Shown in pieces: positions 36,793-45,585 of a stretch of DNA of 64,000 nt. A program made the translations under genes and the position numbers. Each line of letters starts with the position of its first letter. The first letter of the stretch is position 1. The stretch lies in the NCBI GenBank assembly GCA_964606385.1, contig CAZSFZ010000003.1, positions 111,615 through 175,614 on the forward strand, read 5' to 3'. The notes under the pieces are model-generated. The model was not told the DNA's origin and searched no databases. It worked only from the letters and a program-made list of their open reading frames with translations. Source of the stretch: an uncultured bacterium (lineage in GTDB: Bacteria > Omnitrophota > Omnitrophia > Omnitrophales > Aquincolibacteriaceae).

Positions 36793-37884
36793 TCAACCGT
36801 TCCCCGTTCCCCGTTCCCCGCGCTTGGACATTCTGTCCAAGCGGAGCTGCCCACACGCCGCTTCCGTCTCCCGCCCCATGGTCTTGCGGAACGTGGAACG
36901 AACACCCAACCGCTCCAGGGTTTCGCGGAATTTTGTCATACGTTCCTGGGAAGGGGTCTTCCAGTCGATCTCCCGGATCGGATTGTAGGGAATGAGGTTG
37001 ATCTTGGCCTGCAGAGGCTTGGCGATCTTGGCGACCGCCCTCGCGTCTTCTTCGGAATCATTCACGCCGTCGACTAAAGTGTATTCGAACGTAATGTCTC
37101 GCTTCAGATCCTGATGGATCTTTGCGAGCATTTTGATGAGTTCCTTGAGCGGGTATTTCCGGTTATAGGGGATCAGCCGGCTCCGGACCGCGTCGTCCGG
37201 AGAATGAAGCGAGACGGACAGCCGAATACGTCCTTCGGTCTGTTTCACGAACTCATAGATCTTTTCCGGGACTCCCGAGGTCGAAACCGTGATCTTGCGC
37301 CCCCCCATCTCAAAACCCCAGGACGCCGTAAGGACCTCGAGGGCTTTCATGACCTCGTCAAAATTATCGAGAGGTTCCCCCATCCCCATAAAAACCACGT
37401 TGGTGATCTTGCGTCCGGTCTCCCTCGCGATCCACGCGACCTGCTCGATGATCTCTCCGGCGGTCAGGTTCCGGAGCAGGCCTGTTTTCCCGCTCGCGCA
37501 AAAAGGGCAGCGGACCGCACAACCCAGTTGGGTCGAAACACAAACGGTCTCCCGGTCCCTTTGGGAGATCAGAACGCTTTCCAGAAAATGGCCGTCGGTC
37601 GTTTTAAAGAGGAACTTGGCCGTCCCTTCGCCCGCGGCGGCACGACCCTCTTCCATCGAGAGCGCGGTCAGTCCGAAGCGAGCAGCCAGAAGGTCGCGGA
37701 GTTCTTTGGGAAGGGTCTTCATTTCCTCCCATGAGAGGATATGCTTTTTATAAAGCCATTCGAGGATCTGCTTGGCGCGGAATTTCGGAAGGCCGAGCGA
37801 GAGAACGAGAGCTTCGACCTCCGGAGGGGTGGAGCCATAGAGGGTTTTCATTCTGTTTGCCGCCGGACTCAAAACGCCGCACAC
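36793..37884 (-). CDS. rlmN: 23S rRNA m2A2503 / tRNA m2A37 radical-SAM methyltransferase
   Basis: 363 aa. QLGCAVRCPFCASG radical-SAM motif in an RlmN/Cfr context (FRAKQILEWLYKK, GMGEPLDN). The track start is GTG at 37884. The alternative is the ATG at 37851. Confidence 0.85.
   Translation of the reverse strand: MCGVLSPAANRMKTLYGSTPPEVEALVLSLGLPKFRAKQILEWLYKKHILSWEEMKTLPKELRDLLAARFGLTALSMEEGRAAAGEGTAKFLFKTTDGHFLESVLISQRDRETVCVSTQLGCAVRCPFCASGKTGLLRNLTAGEIIEQVAWIARETGRKITNVVFMGMGEPLDNFDEVMKALEVLTASWGFEMGGRKITVSTSGVPEKIYEFVKQTEGRIRLSVSLHSPDDAVRSRLIPYNRKYPLKELIKMLAKIHQDLKRDITFEYTLVDGVNDSEEDARAVAKIAKPLQAKINLIPYNPIREIDWKTPSQERMTKFRETLERLGVRSTFRKTMGRETEAACGQLRLDRMSKRGERGTGNG
36797..36824. repeat. 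GGGGAAC heptamer array (inverted arm) 3' of the four-helix-bundle gene
   Basis: CCGTTCCCCGTTCCCCGTTCCCCG, reverse complement of the array at 36183. It overlaps the rlmN stop region. Confidence 0.6.
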
Positions 37885-37894
37885 CGTACGACCA

Positions 37895-38875
37895 TTACAT
37901 CCACTTTTTGATCCGCATCCAGACGGCCATGATCAGGGTGAGCGCCAGGGTCAGGATCACCACACCCCAGAATCCCTGCTCATGGTTCGCTCCCGGAATA
38001 ACCCTGAAATTCATACCGTAGATGCTCGCGATCATCACGGCCGGCATGGCGAGCGTGGCCACGACCGTCAGGCGTTTCATGACCACGTTCAGCTCGCTGG
38101 AGAGATAAGAAAAATAAACTTCGAGCATGCTGGTCAGATGGTCGTGCATGCCGTTAGCCAGGGCCGAGATGCGGTAAAGATGGTCGCTGATATCGCGGAA
38201 ATAGATCAGGTTTTTGGTTTTGATGAGACCCCCGGCGTTCCGGGTCAGGAAATGCAGGGTATCCCGTTGCGGGCCTACGATCCTTCGGAGCGTCGAGATG
38301 TCCTGTTTGAGCTGAAGGAGCGTCGCCAGTTTCTCACGAGAGGGGCTTTTGCTGAAAATATCCTTTTCCAGCACATCGACCTTTTGCTCATACTGATGAA
38401 AAACAGGCATGTAACGGTCCACGAGATGGTCCAGGATCATATGCGCCAAAACATCCGCCCCTGAATTCATCACGGCGGATGTTTTCTGCTGGGTCTTCAG
38501 GATATCCTGCGTGAGGCTTTCGATCGGGGTCTTGTGGAACGTCACCACATAATTGGGACCCAAAAAAAGGTTAAGCTCGATCGTGGAAAGCTCCTTGTCG
38601 CCGTTCTTCTGGACGATCGTCAAGGCGTGAACCACGAGAAAAAGATATTCCTCGTAATCATCCACTTTCGGCTCGGAGTGGTCGTTGATGCAGTCCTCGA
38701 CCGCCAGGGGGTGAAAGTTGAAGATCTCCACGAGCGAATCGCTTTCAAATTCGCTCGGATCCTCAAAATCAACCCAGAGAAGCGCGTCTTTTTCCGTCAA
38801 GGCCGTCAAAAGCCTCGCGCGGCTAAGATTCGTCTCGACCTGCCCGCCTTTTTTATAAAGAAAACTTGTGATCAT
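37895..38875 (-). CDS. corA: magnesium/cobalt transporter CorA
   Basis: 326 aa. Two C-terminal TM helices with the YGMNF signature. GGAG RBS. Confidence 0.85.
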   Translation of the reverse strand: MITSFLYKKGGQVETNLSRARLLTALTEKDALLWVDFEDPSEFESDSLVEIFNFHPLAVEDCINDHSEPKVDDYEEYLFLVVHALTIVQKNGDKELSTIELNLFLGPNYVVTFHKTPIESLTQDILKTQQKTSAVMNSGADVLAHMILDHLVDRYMPVFHQYEQKVDVLEKDIFSKSPSREKLATLLQLKQDISTLRRIVGPQRDTLHFLTRNAGGLIKTKNLIYFRDISDHLYRISALANGMHDHLTSMLEVYFSYLSSELNVVMKRLTVVATLAMPAVMIASIYGMNFRVIPGANHEQGFWGVVILTLALTLIMAVWMRIKKWM

Positions 38876-39037
38876 CTTAAGCTCCGGTTCATGGGGAACG
38901 GGGTTATCTTACCAATCCTCCCTTGGGTTGGCGATATAAAAATCAACACCGGGCGGTCAACGGCCGGAGGCCTTCGAAATCGGTTCCTCCGAAAAGCTCT
39001 CTGCCTTATAATGAAGCATCACACGGCGGGAGGGCAT

Positions 39038-39406
39038 ATGCCTAAAAAGGTCCTGATCATCGACGATGAGCCTGAGATCTGTAAAATGATCACGGAATTC
39101 CTCTTTGACGCGGGGTATGCCGCTTCCTACGCGCTGAACGGCCCCGACGGCCTGGCCATGATCAAAAAAGATCTCCCGTCGCTCGTACTCCTCGATATCG
39201 GCATGCCCGGCATGGACGGTATCGAAGTGATGCGCCTCCTCCGCGAACAATATCCCGCCTTGCCTGTGGTGGTCCTGACCGGTCACCGGGACACGGAGCC
39301 GGTCAAAAAAATGGCGGAGCTGGGCGCCTGCGAGTATTTGACCAAGCCGATCCAGCTGGACACGCTGCTCCATCAATTCGTGAAGGATCTGATCGGAAAT
39401 CCCTGA
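39038..39406 (+). CDS. single-domain response regulator (CheY-like receiver)
   Basis: Track ORF 38534..39406 is over-extended. The ATG at 39038 (GGGAGGG RBS) gives MPKKVLIIDDEPEICKMITEFL...LLDIGMPGMDGIEVMRLL...LTKP with conserved DD, D and K receiver residues. Confidence 0.85.
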   Translation: MPKKVLIIDDEPEICKMITEFLFDAGYAASYALNGPDGLAMIKKDLPSLVLLDIGMPGMDGIEVMRLLREQYPALPVVVLTGHRDTEPVKKMAELGACEYLTKPIQLDTLLHQFVKDLIGNP

Positions 39407-39431
39407 GGCTTCAAAGCGGCGGGGTTCGTTC

Positions 39432-39797
39432 TTACTTTTTCTTGTGCGCAATCACGTAGGCGTGAATGGCTTCGCGGTCTTTCTTCTTCAACTTCAGAAA
39501 CTCGACCCCCGAGCGGTAAAGGTCCTGCTCCAGAAATCCCGTATGCCGAACCACCCCTTCTATGGTCACATACTGGCTTTGATCGTCCGGCATCAAAAAA
39601 CTCACTTTAACCGGCGCGTCCTGAGGGATCCCTTCGTTGAAAGTCACAAGGAGCGCCCCGCCTTCTGAAATGTCCGAGATGCGCGTCTGGACCCCGACTT
39701 CCATATCGCGGAGGGGGCAAAAATAACGGGTGATCGCGTAAATGCTGACGCGAACAAACTTTCTCCGGTCTTTAAAATCCTTGAATTCATCCGCCAT
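39432..39797 (-). CDS. PilZ-domain protein (c-di-GMP binding)
   Basis: RRKFVRV (RxxxR) and DISEGG (D/NxSxxG) PilZ motifs. The preferred start is the ATG at 39797 with a GGAGA RBS. The track uses a GTG at 39809. Confidence 0.65.
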   Translation of the reverse strand: MADEFKDFKDRRKFVRVSIYAITRYFCPLRDMEVGVQTRISDISEGGALLVTFNEGIPQDAPVKVSFLMPDDQSQYVTIEGVVRHTGFLEQDLYRSGVEFLKLKKKDREAIHAYVIAHKKK

Positions 39798-39865
39798 GGA
39801 AATCTCCACGATTTTTACTTGCCACTATTTTCGGCCTTTTGGGCCCGGGTCTTAACAAGATCTAG

Positions 39866-40417
39866 TCACTCCTCCTCAGAGATGATGCGCATCTCATTGT
39901 AAACAAGACCTTCCTCCGGGGACATGTTCTGCACGGCCACTTTCAGACGCTGTTTTTTCCCGACCTTGTACTTAGAAAGCTCAGGACAGAACTCGTAATG
40001 ATGCCCCACCAGGACATCCCTCATAGCCTTGAGTTCTTTCTCCGCTTTGTCCTTCAAGGGCTTGTCCGCAAAATAGAGGATCGACTGAATGCAGGGAGCG
40101 CAGGCCGCGCCTTCCGGACACGGCGGGCACGGGGCCGGAGCGCAAAGCACCAGATACGCGCTTGTGAAGAACTCCCGCTCTTCGGGCACCGTGTTCTTTG
40201 AAAGCTGTTCGAGAGTATAGCTCCGGCCCGGCACGAGCGGCTTGGCTTTAGGATCCGCCGGAAGCAGTTCGACGGCGTTTTCATCCAGGAATGCCTCAGC
40301 AGGCGGATTTCCCACCGCAGGGGTCTCTTTAGCTTCGTCCATCGACGCGCTTGCGCTTCCGCAAACCATCGCTAAGTTTATACAAAAACAAAATAACGCT
40401 TTGACGCTGACCCGCAT
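39866..40417 (-). CDS. secreted Cys/Pro-rich protein of unknown function
   Basis: Signal peptide MRVSVKALFCFCINLAMVCGSASAS. CAPAPCPPCPEGAACAPC cluster. The track start is TTG at 40438 and the ATG at 40417 is preferred. Confidence 0.4.
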   Translation of the reverse strand: MRVSVKALFCFCINLAMVCGSASASMDEAKETPAVGNPPAEAFLDENAVELLPADPKAKPLVPGRSYTLEQLSKNTVPEEREFFTSAYLVLCAPAPCPPCPEGAACAPCIQSILYFADKPLKDKAEKELKAMRDVLVGHHYEFCPELSKYKVGKKQRLKVAVQNMSPEEGLVYNEMRIISEEE

Positions 40418-40476
40418 AACGGCTTTTTTAAACTGCAATATGGTTCCCCCCTTGTAAGACGCCTGAGCAATAAAAA

Positions 40477-40563
40477 CGGAGAGGGAGGGATTCGAACCCC
40501 CGAGACGCTTGCGCGCCTAACGGTTTTCAAGACCGCCGCATTCAACCGCTCTGCCACCTCTCC
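40477..40563 (-). tRNA. tRNA-Ser (anticodon UGA)
   Basis: Minus strand reads GGAGAGGTGGCAGAGCGGTTGAATGCGGCGGTCTTGAAAACCGTTAGGCGCGCAAGCGTCTCGGGGGTTCGAATCCCTCCCTCTCCG. 7-bp acceptor, 3-bp D-stem, anticodon loop CTTGAAA, long variable arm, GGTTCGAATCC T-arm. CCA is not encoded. Confidence 0.85.
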
Positions 40564-40644
40564 ATCAAAAATCTATTGGTAGGGTGTGCTGTCCTGGCCA
40601 CCTTTATTTTAAAAACAAGGCCAGGGCTGCCACCTCTCCATTAA

Positions 40645-40715
40645 CACCCGGGAAACGTTCCTCGGGGAACGGCTAACATTCAAACTCTTACGTTCTGCGC
40701 CACCCGTTTCCCGTT
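40645..40715. repeat. GGGGAAC heptamer inverted-repeat element immediately 3' of tadA
   Basis: cccGGGAAACGTTCCTCGGGGAACGGctaac, then a spacer, then caCCCGTTTCCCGTTCCacacg. Confidence 0.6.
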
Positions 40716-40724
40716 CCACACGCC

Positions 40725-41201
40725 TCAGCGCTTCTCTTTCCTCAAATTCTTGAAAAATTCCGCAAGCAGGAACTTCGCGTCATCCGCCATGACCCCGCCG
40801 GTCACTTTCACGCGGTGGTTCAGCCGGTCGTCTTCCGTGATCCGGTAAAGGCTGTGGCACGCCCCGGCTTTCGCGTCACGCGCGCCGTAGACCAGATTCG
40901 TGCATTTGGTCATCACAAGCGCTCCCGCGCACATCGGGCACGGTTCGAGCGTCACATAAAGCGTCGCTCCTTCCAAGGAGCCCCGGTGGTCACAGTGTTT
41001 GGGTTTCGCCTCAGGAAGCCCGCTTAAAGTCTCGGAGGCTTGCGTCAGCGCGATCATTTCCGCGTGAGCCGTTGGATCCCGAAGCGTTTCCATCTGATTG
41101 TGGGCCCGCGCCACGATCCGGTTCTTCCAGACTACTACCGCCCCGACCGGCACCTCCCCCGCCTCAAGCGCGATCATCGCTTGTTTGATCGCTTCCTTCA
41201 T
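40725..41201 (-). CDS. tadA: tRNA-specific adenosine deaminase
   Basis: CDA-fold zinc motifs HAEMIAL and PCPMCAGAL. Conserved N-terminus MKEAIKQAMIALEAGEVPVGAVVV, with the ATG at 41201 preferred over the track start 41228. Confidence 0.85.
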   Translation of the reverse strand: MKEAIKQAMIALEAGEVPVGAVVVWKNRIVARAHNQMETLRDPTAHAEMIALTQASETLSGLPEAKPKHCDHRGSLEGATLYVTLEPCPMCAGALVMTKCTNLVYGARDAKAGACHSLYRITEDDRLNHRVKVTGGVMADDAKFLLAEFFKNLRKEKR

Positions 41202-41239
41202 GTAATGGTCGTGATGGGGCTTTTCCATAAGAGGGGTTT

Positions 41240-41267
41240 ATTATAGGTGTTTGATAAGGGATTGCAA
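41240..41267 (-). promoter_or_regulatory. sigma-70-type promoter for tadA
   Basis: Minus strand reads TTGCAA, a 16-nt spacer, then TATAAT. The predicted TSS near 41233 lies about 30 nt upstream of the ATG at 41201. Confidence 0.5.
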
Positions 41268-41401
41268 AAAACTTTAAGGAGGTGACAGGAGTCGGCAACA
41301 ACATCCGGCAGGCCGGAAACCTACTGCTTCCGGCACTCCGCTCGGTCTTGACGACCTTCGCTCCGGAGTTTCCAAGGCTCACCCCGATATAGACACAAAT
41401 T

Positions 41402-41438
41402 AAAACGGGTACAATCCAGAAGGACTGTACCCGTTTTA
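41402..41438 (-). terminator. rho-independent terminator 3' of tRNA-Arg
   Basis: Minus strand reads AAAACGGGTACAgtccttctggatTGTACCCGTTTTAATTT. Confidence 0.65.
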
Positions 41439-41441
41439 AAT

Positions 41442-41515
41442 CGCGCCCGGCAGGAGTTGAACCTGCAACCCCCACATCCGTAGTGTGGTGCTCTATCCAA
41501 TTGAGCTACGGGCGC
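41442..41515 (-). tRNA. tRNA-Arg (anticodon ACG)
   Basis: Minus strand reads GCGCCCGTAGCTCAATTGGATAGAGCACCACACTACGGATGTGGGGGTTGCAGGTTCAACTCCTGCCGGGCGCG. Anticodon loop CTACGGA. CCA is not encoded. Confidence 0.85.
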
Positions 41516-41755
41516 AAACCACATTAATTTTTTATTCTATAATGCTTGTTCGCGACCAGTCCTTTAGGACAGGCGCAAACTGTTTTAACTTATTATATTC
41601 ATTACACTTAAAGATCTTAGAGGGTATCGGTGTTTGACCGTTCGCCCCTCACCGAGGATCGGCCCGAAAACATGCAAGCAAGGCAAACCATTCCTAAAGA
41701 GGGCGTTATTATACGCATTTTAGGGGGAAATGCAAAAATTGTTCCATGGAATCAT

Positions 41756-43231
41756 TCACTGATGGAAAATCTCTTTTAAGATGGCGTCTGCAATGTTTTC
41801 GGCAAGTAACCGGTTTCCTTTCGCGGTACAATGACCGAAATCCCCGCCGAAAATATCCGTAAAATATTCTTTGTAGTCGCTTTTTTTAAGAGCATCTTTG
41901 AAAATTTTCTCATTATCAACAAATAAGATATCTGTCTCCCCTTCAAATATCTTTTTAAGCGGTTCCACGCTCCGCACAGGATATTGGACGCACACGAGCC
42001 GGATACCTCGCTGATCGAGCATATACTTTATTTTGAGATAATTTTCTCGGGTCACAGGATCATAATATCCCAATCGGACCTCATTGGCTTTTTTAAACAA
42101 CGCGTCAGCTTGTTTTTTATTTCCCATTTCCTTATAAAGCACCGCTAACCGTCCGTATGTTTTTGCGGCTTCGGCTTCATCCTGAATGCGTGTCAGCTCG
42201 ATCGTCTTTTTGAATTGTTTCTTCGCGCAGTCTTCCTCCCCGAGAAGTTCGCACGACCACCCCAGCTGGAAATTCGCTTCCACATTTTCGGGGTTCTTTT
42301 GAACTGCTTTTTCATACATTTTCTGCGCTTCCCGTTCCCTGCCGGTCCTGTGATAGATCCCGCCCAAATCGAGGTATCCCCGGACATTCTCAGGCTGCAG
42401 CGCGATGGCTTTTTGATATGCTACTTCCGTTTCCGGATACCTTCCCTGCCGGTCATAAGCCATCGCTAATCCAATATAAGCTTCATAATGCTCCGGATCT
42501 TCGGCGACCATTTCTTTGAAGATTTTTTCCGCCTCAACCCCGCGGCTGTTAAGAATATGATCATAACCTTCCCTTAGAGGATTTTTTTCGACGGGGATTA
42601 CGGAAGTTTCTTTGTTTTGGAGAATATCTGCGCGAGGCATCAAAGAGTCTTTAGGAATCGGGGCCTGTTCAGATAGCTCTTCGCTTTTGGTTCGGCGTAA
42701 TGAAGTCTGCCCTCGGTGGAGCTTGGTGGTTATATGGAGCCAAAGATAGCGGAAGAGTTTATAGGTCCTGAGTTTTTCAAGAAGAGAAGGGCGTTTTCCG
42801 GGAACGCTGTATTCGCGGGGTAAGTGGGATGCAAAATCATTCACGCCCATCATAGTGATGACAATATCCGGCTTGAAGGTGTTAAGATTTTCTTGCAGAT
42901 GATCTGCAATATAGCTGCTTGTGATACCGGAAAGCCCCTTATTGATCACGATGAACTTGATCCCCGCATTCCGTCCATTGAGGATCTTTTCCAGCTGTTC
43001 CGGATAAGGCTCCGGACCGGCCTGTGTTGTTGATTCCCCGAGACAAAGAATCCGGATCACATCCTTTTGCTTCATGGCGACGGCATTTTGATAATTCTGT
43101 GCTGAAACAATGAGAAAGCCGCAACAGCGCATCGACACCTCAAGCATGAGGAGGGACAAGAAGATCCCGAAAAACACCAGCGCTGTCTTTTGAATGAGGC
43201 TCGTTTTCAAAAAGTCCTCTCGGATTTTCAT
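41756..43231 (-). CDS. membrane-anchored SGNH/GDSL-type hydrolase with C-terminal TPR repeats
   Basis: 491 aa. N-terminal TM. GDSL-like block ILCLGESTTQ...GLSGITSSY...MMGVNDF. Multiple TPR units (AYIGLAMAYDRQGRYPEAEVAYQKAIALQP...). Confidence 0.55.
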   Translation of the reverse strand: MKIREDFLKTSLIQKTALVFFGIFLSLLMLEVSMRCCGFLIVSAQNYQNAVAMKQKDVIRILCLGESTTQAGPEPYPEQLEKILNGRNAGIKFIVINKGLSGITSSYIADHLQENLNTFKPDIVITMMGVNDFASHLPREYSVPGKRPSLLEKLRTYKLFRYLWLHITTKLHRGQTSLRRTKSEELSEQAPIPKDSLMPRADILQNKETSVIPVEKNPLREGYDHILNSRGVEAEKIFKEMVAEDPEHYEAYIGLAMAYDRQGRYPETEVAYQKAIALQPENVRGYLDLGGIYHRTGREREAQKMYEKAVQKNPENVEANFQLGWSCELLGEEDCAKKQFKKTIELTRIQDEAEAAKTYGRLAVLYKEMGNKKQADALFKKANEVRLGYYDPVTRENYLKIKYMLDQRGIRLVCVQYPVRSVEPLKKIFEGETDILFVDNEKIFKDALKKSDYKEYFTDIFGGDFGHCTAKGNRLLAENIADAILKEIFHQ

Positions 43232-43256
43232 CGCGGCAGCAACGATCTAAAGGGGT

Positions 43257-44546
43257 CTAAGTTTTTCTGCTTTTCAAGGCTTCGAGGTGCTCGATGACCT
43301 TCTGCATCTCAGAGTTAAGGCTATGCGCGGAAACTTGTTGGTCCTTTTTTAAAAACTCCCTTAAAAAGACCGTGAGTTTTTCCCGTCGCAGCAGATCTTT
43401 ATAGTGGTTAAGCGTTTTGATCAGCCGCCCCACATATTTTCGCTTTTGGTTTCCATCCGCAATCGTCGCGACAAACCGGACCGCTCCTGCGTGGATATCG
43501 GAAAGCTCGAACAGATGGACGCAACTTTGCAGGCAATGGGTCCGGCAGTGATCGACTTTGCAGCGTATCGCCTTCGCTTTCTGAGAAAGCCACTCTTTCC
43601 GCAGCGAACTCTCTTTCAGGTTCCCGATCAGACCCTGACAGGTCCAAAGATCTCCGTCGAAGGTCAGGACGATCCTCACGATCGCTTCATAGCATTGCAG
43701 GTCTTCATTGAAGGACGTCCCTTCAAAATAGTCCGGGATCAGCTCCAGGATCCTTTCATCGACGTGGATAAATTCGTCTATGGCCGCTTTTTTCAGCAAC
43801 AGGATCTTTCGAATAACCTCCCGGAGCTTATCCATGTTCCGCACGGAAACCCAAAGGTCGTTCTTTTTCCGTTCCTGCATTTCGGTGTTGTCCGACATCA
43901 TGGGCTGGAACACGATGATATTACAGCCTTTGCTTCGCGCAAGATCGATCATGGGCAGCATGTCATCGAGATTGCAGTCCATGATCGTGAAATTGATGCC
44001 GACCGTGGGACGAGCCCGCTCGCCCCGGATCTTGCGAAAGATGTCGATCGTCGTTAAAGCCTTTTGGAAAGAGCCTCTGCCTCTTATAAAGTCATTGGCG
44101 GTTTCAAGGCCGTCGATCGACAAGGTGATGTGGCTCAACCCGCTTTGGGTCAACCGGCGGGCGGTCTCCTCGTCGATCAAAAGACCATTACTGATCAGAT
44201 CGATCTGGCCGATCTTTTTCGAAGCGGCATGTTCGATCAGCGAGAAAATGTCTTTCCGCAGGATCGGCTCCCCGCCCGAAAAGATGATGTGGTCGACCTT
44301 CAGTCCGGCGATCTGATCGATAATCTTTTTGCACTGTTCCGTCGAAAGTTCTTCTTCGGCCCTCGCATTCGCCGACGGGATCCCGCACATCTTGCATCTC
44401 AGGTTGCAGCGGTTCGTCAGCGAAAAGTAGACGTGTTCCGGAGGGCACAGGGGGCGTTTCAGAACCTTGGAATAATAAAAGCCGAGGTTCCTCTCGATCC
44501 GTTTCCATTCCCTTTCCAAACCCTCCTGTTTCACGACCGGCATCAT
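43257..44546 (-). CDS. radical SAM/SPASM-domain protein
   Basis: CNLRCKMCGIP CX3CX2C motif, GGEP, and a C-terminal Cys-rich SPASM-like region (CYEAIV...WTCQGLIGNL...CKVDHCRTHCLQSC). The start is the ATG at 44546 in an ATGA overlap with the upstream gene stop. The track ORF extends to 44669. Confidence 0.75.
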   Translation of the reverse strand: MMPVVKQEGLEREWKRIERNLGFYYSKVLKRPLCPPEHVYFSLTNRCNLRCKMCGIPSANARAEEELSTEQCKKIIDQIAGLKVDHIIFSGGEPILRKDIFSLIEHAASKKIGQIDLISNGLLIDEETARRLTQSGLSHITLSIDGLETANDFIRGRGSFQKALTTIDIFRKIRGERARPTVGINFTIMDCNLDDMLPMIDLARSKGCNIIVFQPMMSDNTEMQERKKNDLWVSVRNMDKLREVIRKILLLKKAAIDEFIHVDERILELIPDYFEGTSFNEDLQCYEAIVRIVLTFDGDLWTCQGLIGNLKESSLRKEWLSQKAKAIRCKVDHCRTHCLQSCVHLFELSDIHAGAVRFVATIADGNQKRKYVGRLIKTLNHYKDLLRREKLTVFLREFLKKDQQVSAHSLNSEMQKVIEHLEALKSRKT

Positions 44547-45574
44547 AGACCCCTTATAATCGCGCTCAAGGACCCGGATCTTTCCCGCGAATAACAGGAT
44601 TGCAAACACAGGTCCCTGCAATTTTTGACACCTCGCCTGAGCGCAGAGGCTTCCTTGGAATACCAACACTCCCGCAGCGAACGCTCGTTCAGGTTCCCGC
44701 AGATCCCATGGCAGGTATAGACAAGCGGCGCTCCGTCATCGCCGCCGCAAATGAAAATGGTTTTGTAGCCTCCGAAACATTGCCAGTCCGCTTTCTCCAA
44801 CGTTTTACGGTAATATTTTCGAAGCAATTCCAACTTGGGTTCTTCATAGATCTGGATGTGATCCCGCTTGAGATCCTTGACTGCTTGAAGCGCCTGATCT
44901 AAAGCGGGCCACTTTGCTTCGCGAACCCAAAACTCGCTTTCCTGCCGGTCGGGTGTATTGAAGTTATCTTTTAAAAGCGGTTGAAAGTTGATCACATCCA
45001 CACCCAGGTCATCCGCAAAGCTCAAAAGCTTTGGCAAGTCTTCCAGATTATGCTCCATCACGGTGCATGCGATCCCGATCGAGGGACCTCGGCCCCGCGT
45101 CTTTTTCGCTCTTATGAGCACCTCGATGCCTTGCACCGCCTTACGGAAATTGCCTTTACCCCGAACCAGATCATGGGTATCTTCCAGACCATCGATCGAA
45201 AAATGAATGTGGTCCATCCCGGAATCGGCCACGGCGTTCGCGAATGCTTCGTCGATCAGTGTACCATTCGTGGTTACGATCGATCTCACGCCTTTGGCCC
45301 GGCAATGGCCGCAGATCTCCAAAAGGTCCTGCCGGAGCAGAGGTTCTCCCCCTGTCAACACGGCTTCCGGGATCCCCATCGCGGCGGCTTGATCGATGAT
45401 GTTCGTGACCGTTTCCCGGGAAAGTTGTTTATGGGGAGCTGCTGGAAGAGAACACATGCTGCAGCGAAGGTTGCACGCCTCAGTCATAGGGATCTGGATC
45501 GCATCGGGACCTACCCAGGGATGTCCGATGTGTCGCGATAGCCAAAAAAGTGCGTCTCTGATGTTTTCTCTCAT
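44543..45574 (-). CDS. radical SAM/SPASM-domain protein
   Basis: FWLSRHIGHPWVGPDAIQIPMTEACNLRCSMCSLP, GGEP, and a C-terminal CFGGYKTIFICGGD...CHGICGNL...CRDLCLQSC. The track start is TTG at 45667. The ATG at 45574 is preferred by analogy with the paralog at 52810. Confidence 0.75.
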   Translation of the reverse strand: MRENIRDALFWLSRHIGHPWVGPDAIQIPMTEACNLRCSMCSLPAAPHKQLSRETVTNIIDQAAAMGIPEAVLTGGEPLLRQDLLEICGHCRAKGVRSIVTTNGTLIDEAFANAVADSGMDHIHFSIDGLEDTHDLVRGKGNFRKAVQGIEVLIRAKKTRGRGPSIGIACTVMEHNLEDLPKLLSFADDLGVDVINFQPLLKDNFNTPDRQESEFWVREAKWPALDQALQAVKDLKRDHIQIYEEPKLELLRKYYRKTLEKADWQCFGGYKTIFICGGDDGAPLVYTCHGICGNLNERSLRECWYSKEASALRRGVKNCRDLCLQSCYSRERSGSLSAIIRGL

Positions 45575-45585
45575 GTGCCCCACAA

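Noticed and set aside
38534-39037. 5' part of track ORF 38534..39406 (168 codons upstream of the receiver domain).
   Set aside because: It overlaps the corA start region on the opposite strand and lacks motifs. The receiver gene begins at the ATG at 39038 with a strong RBS.
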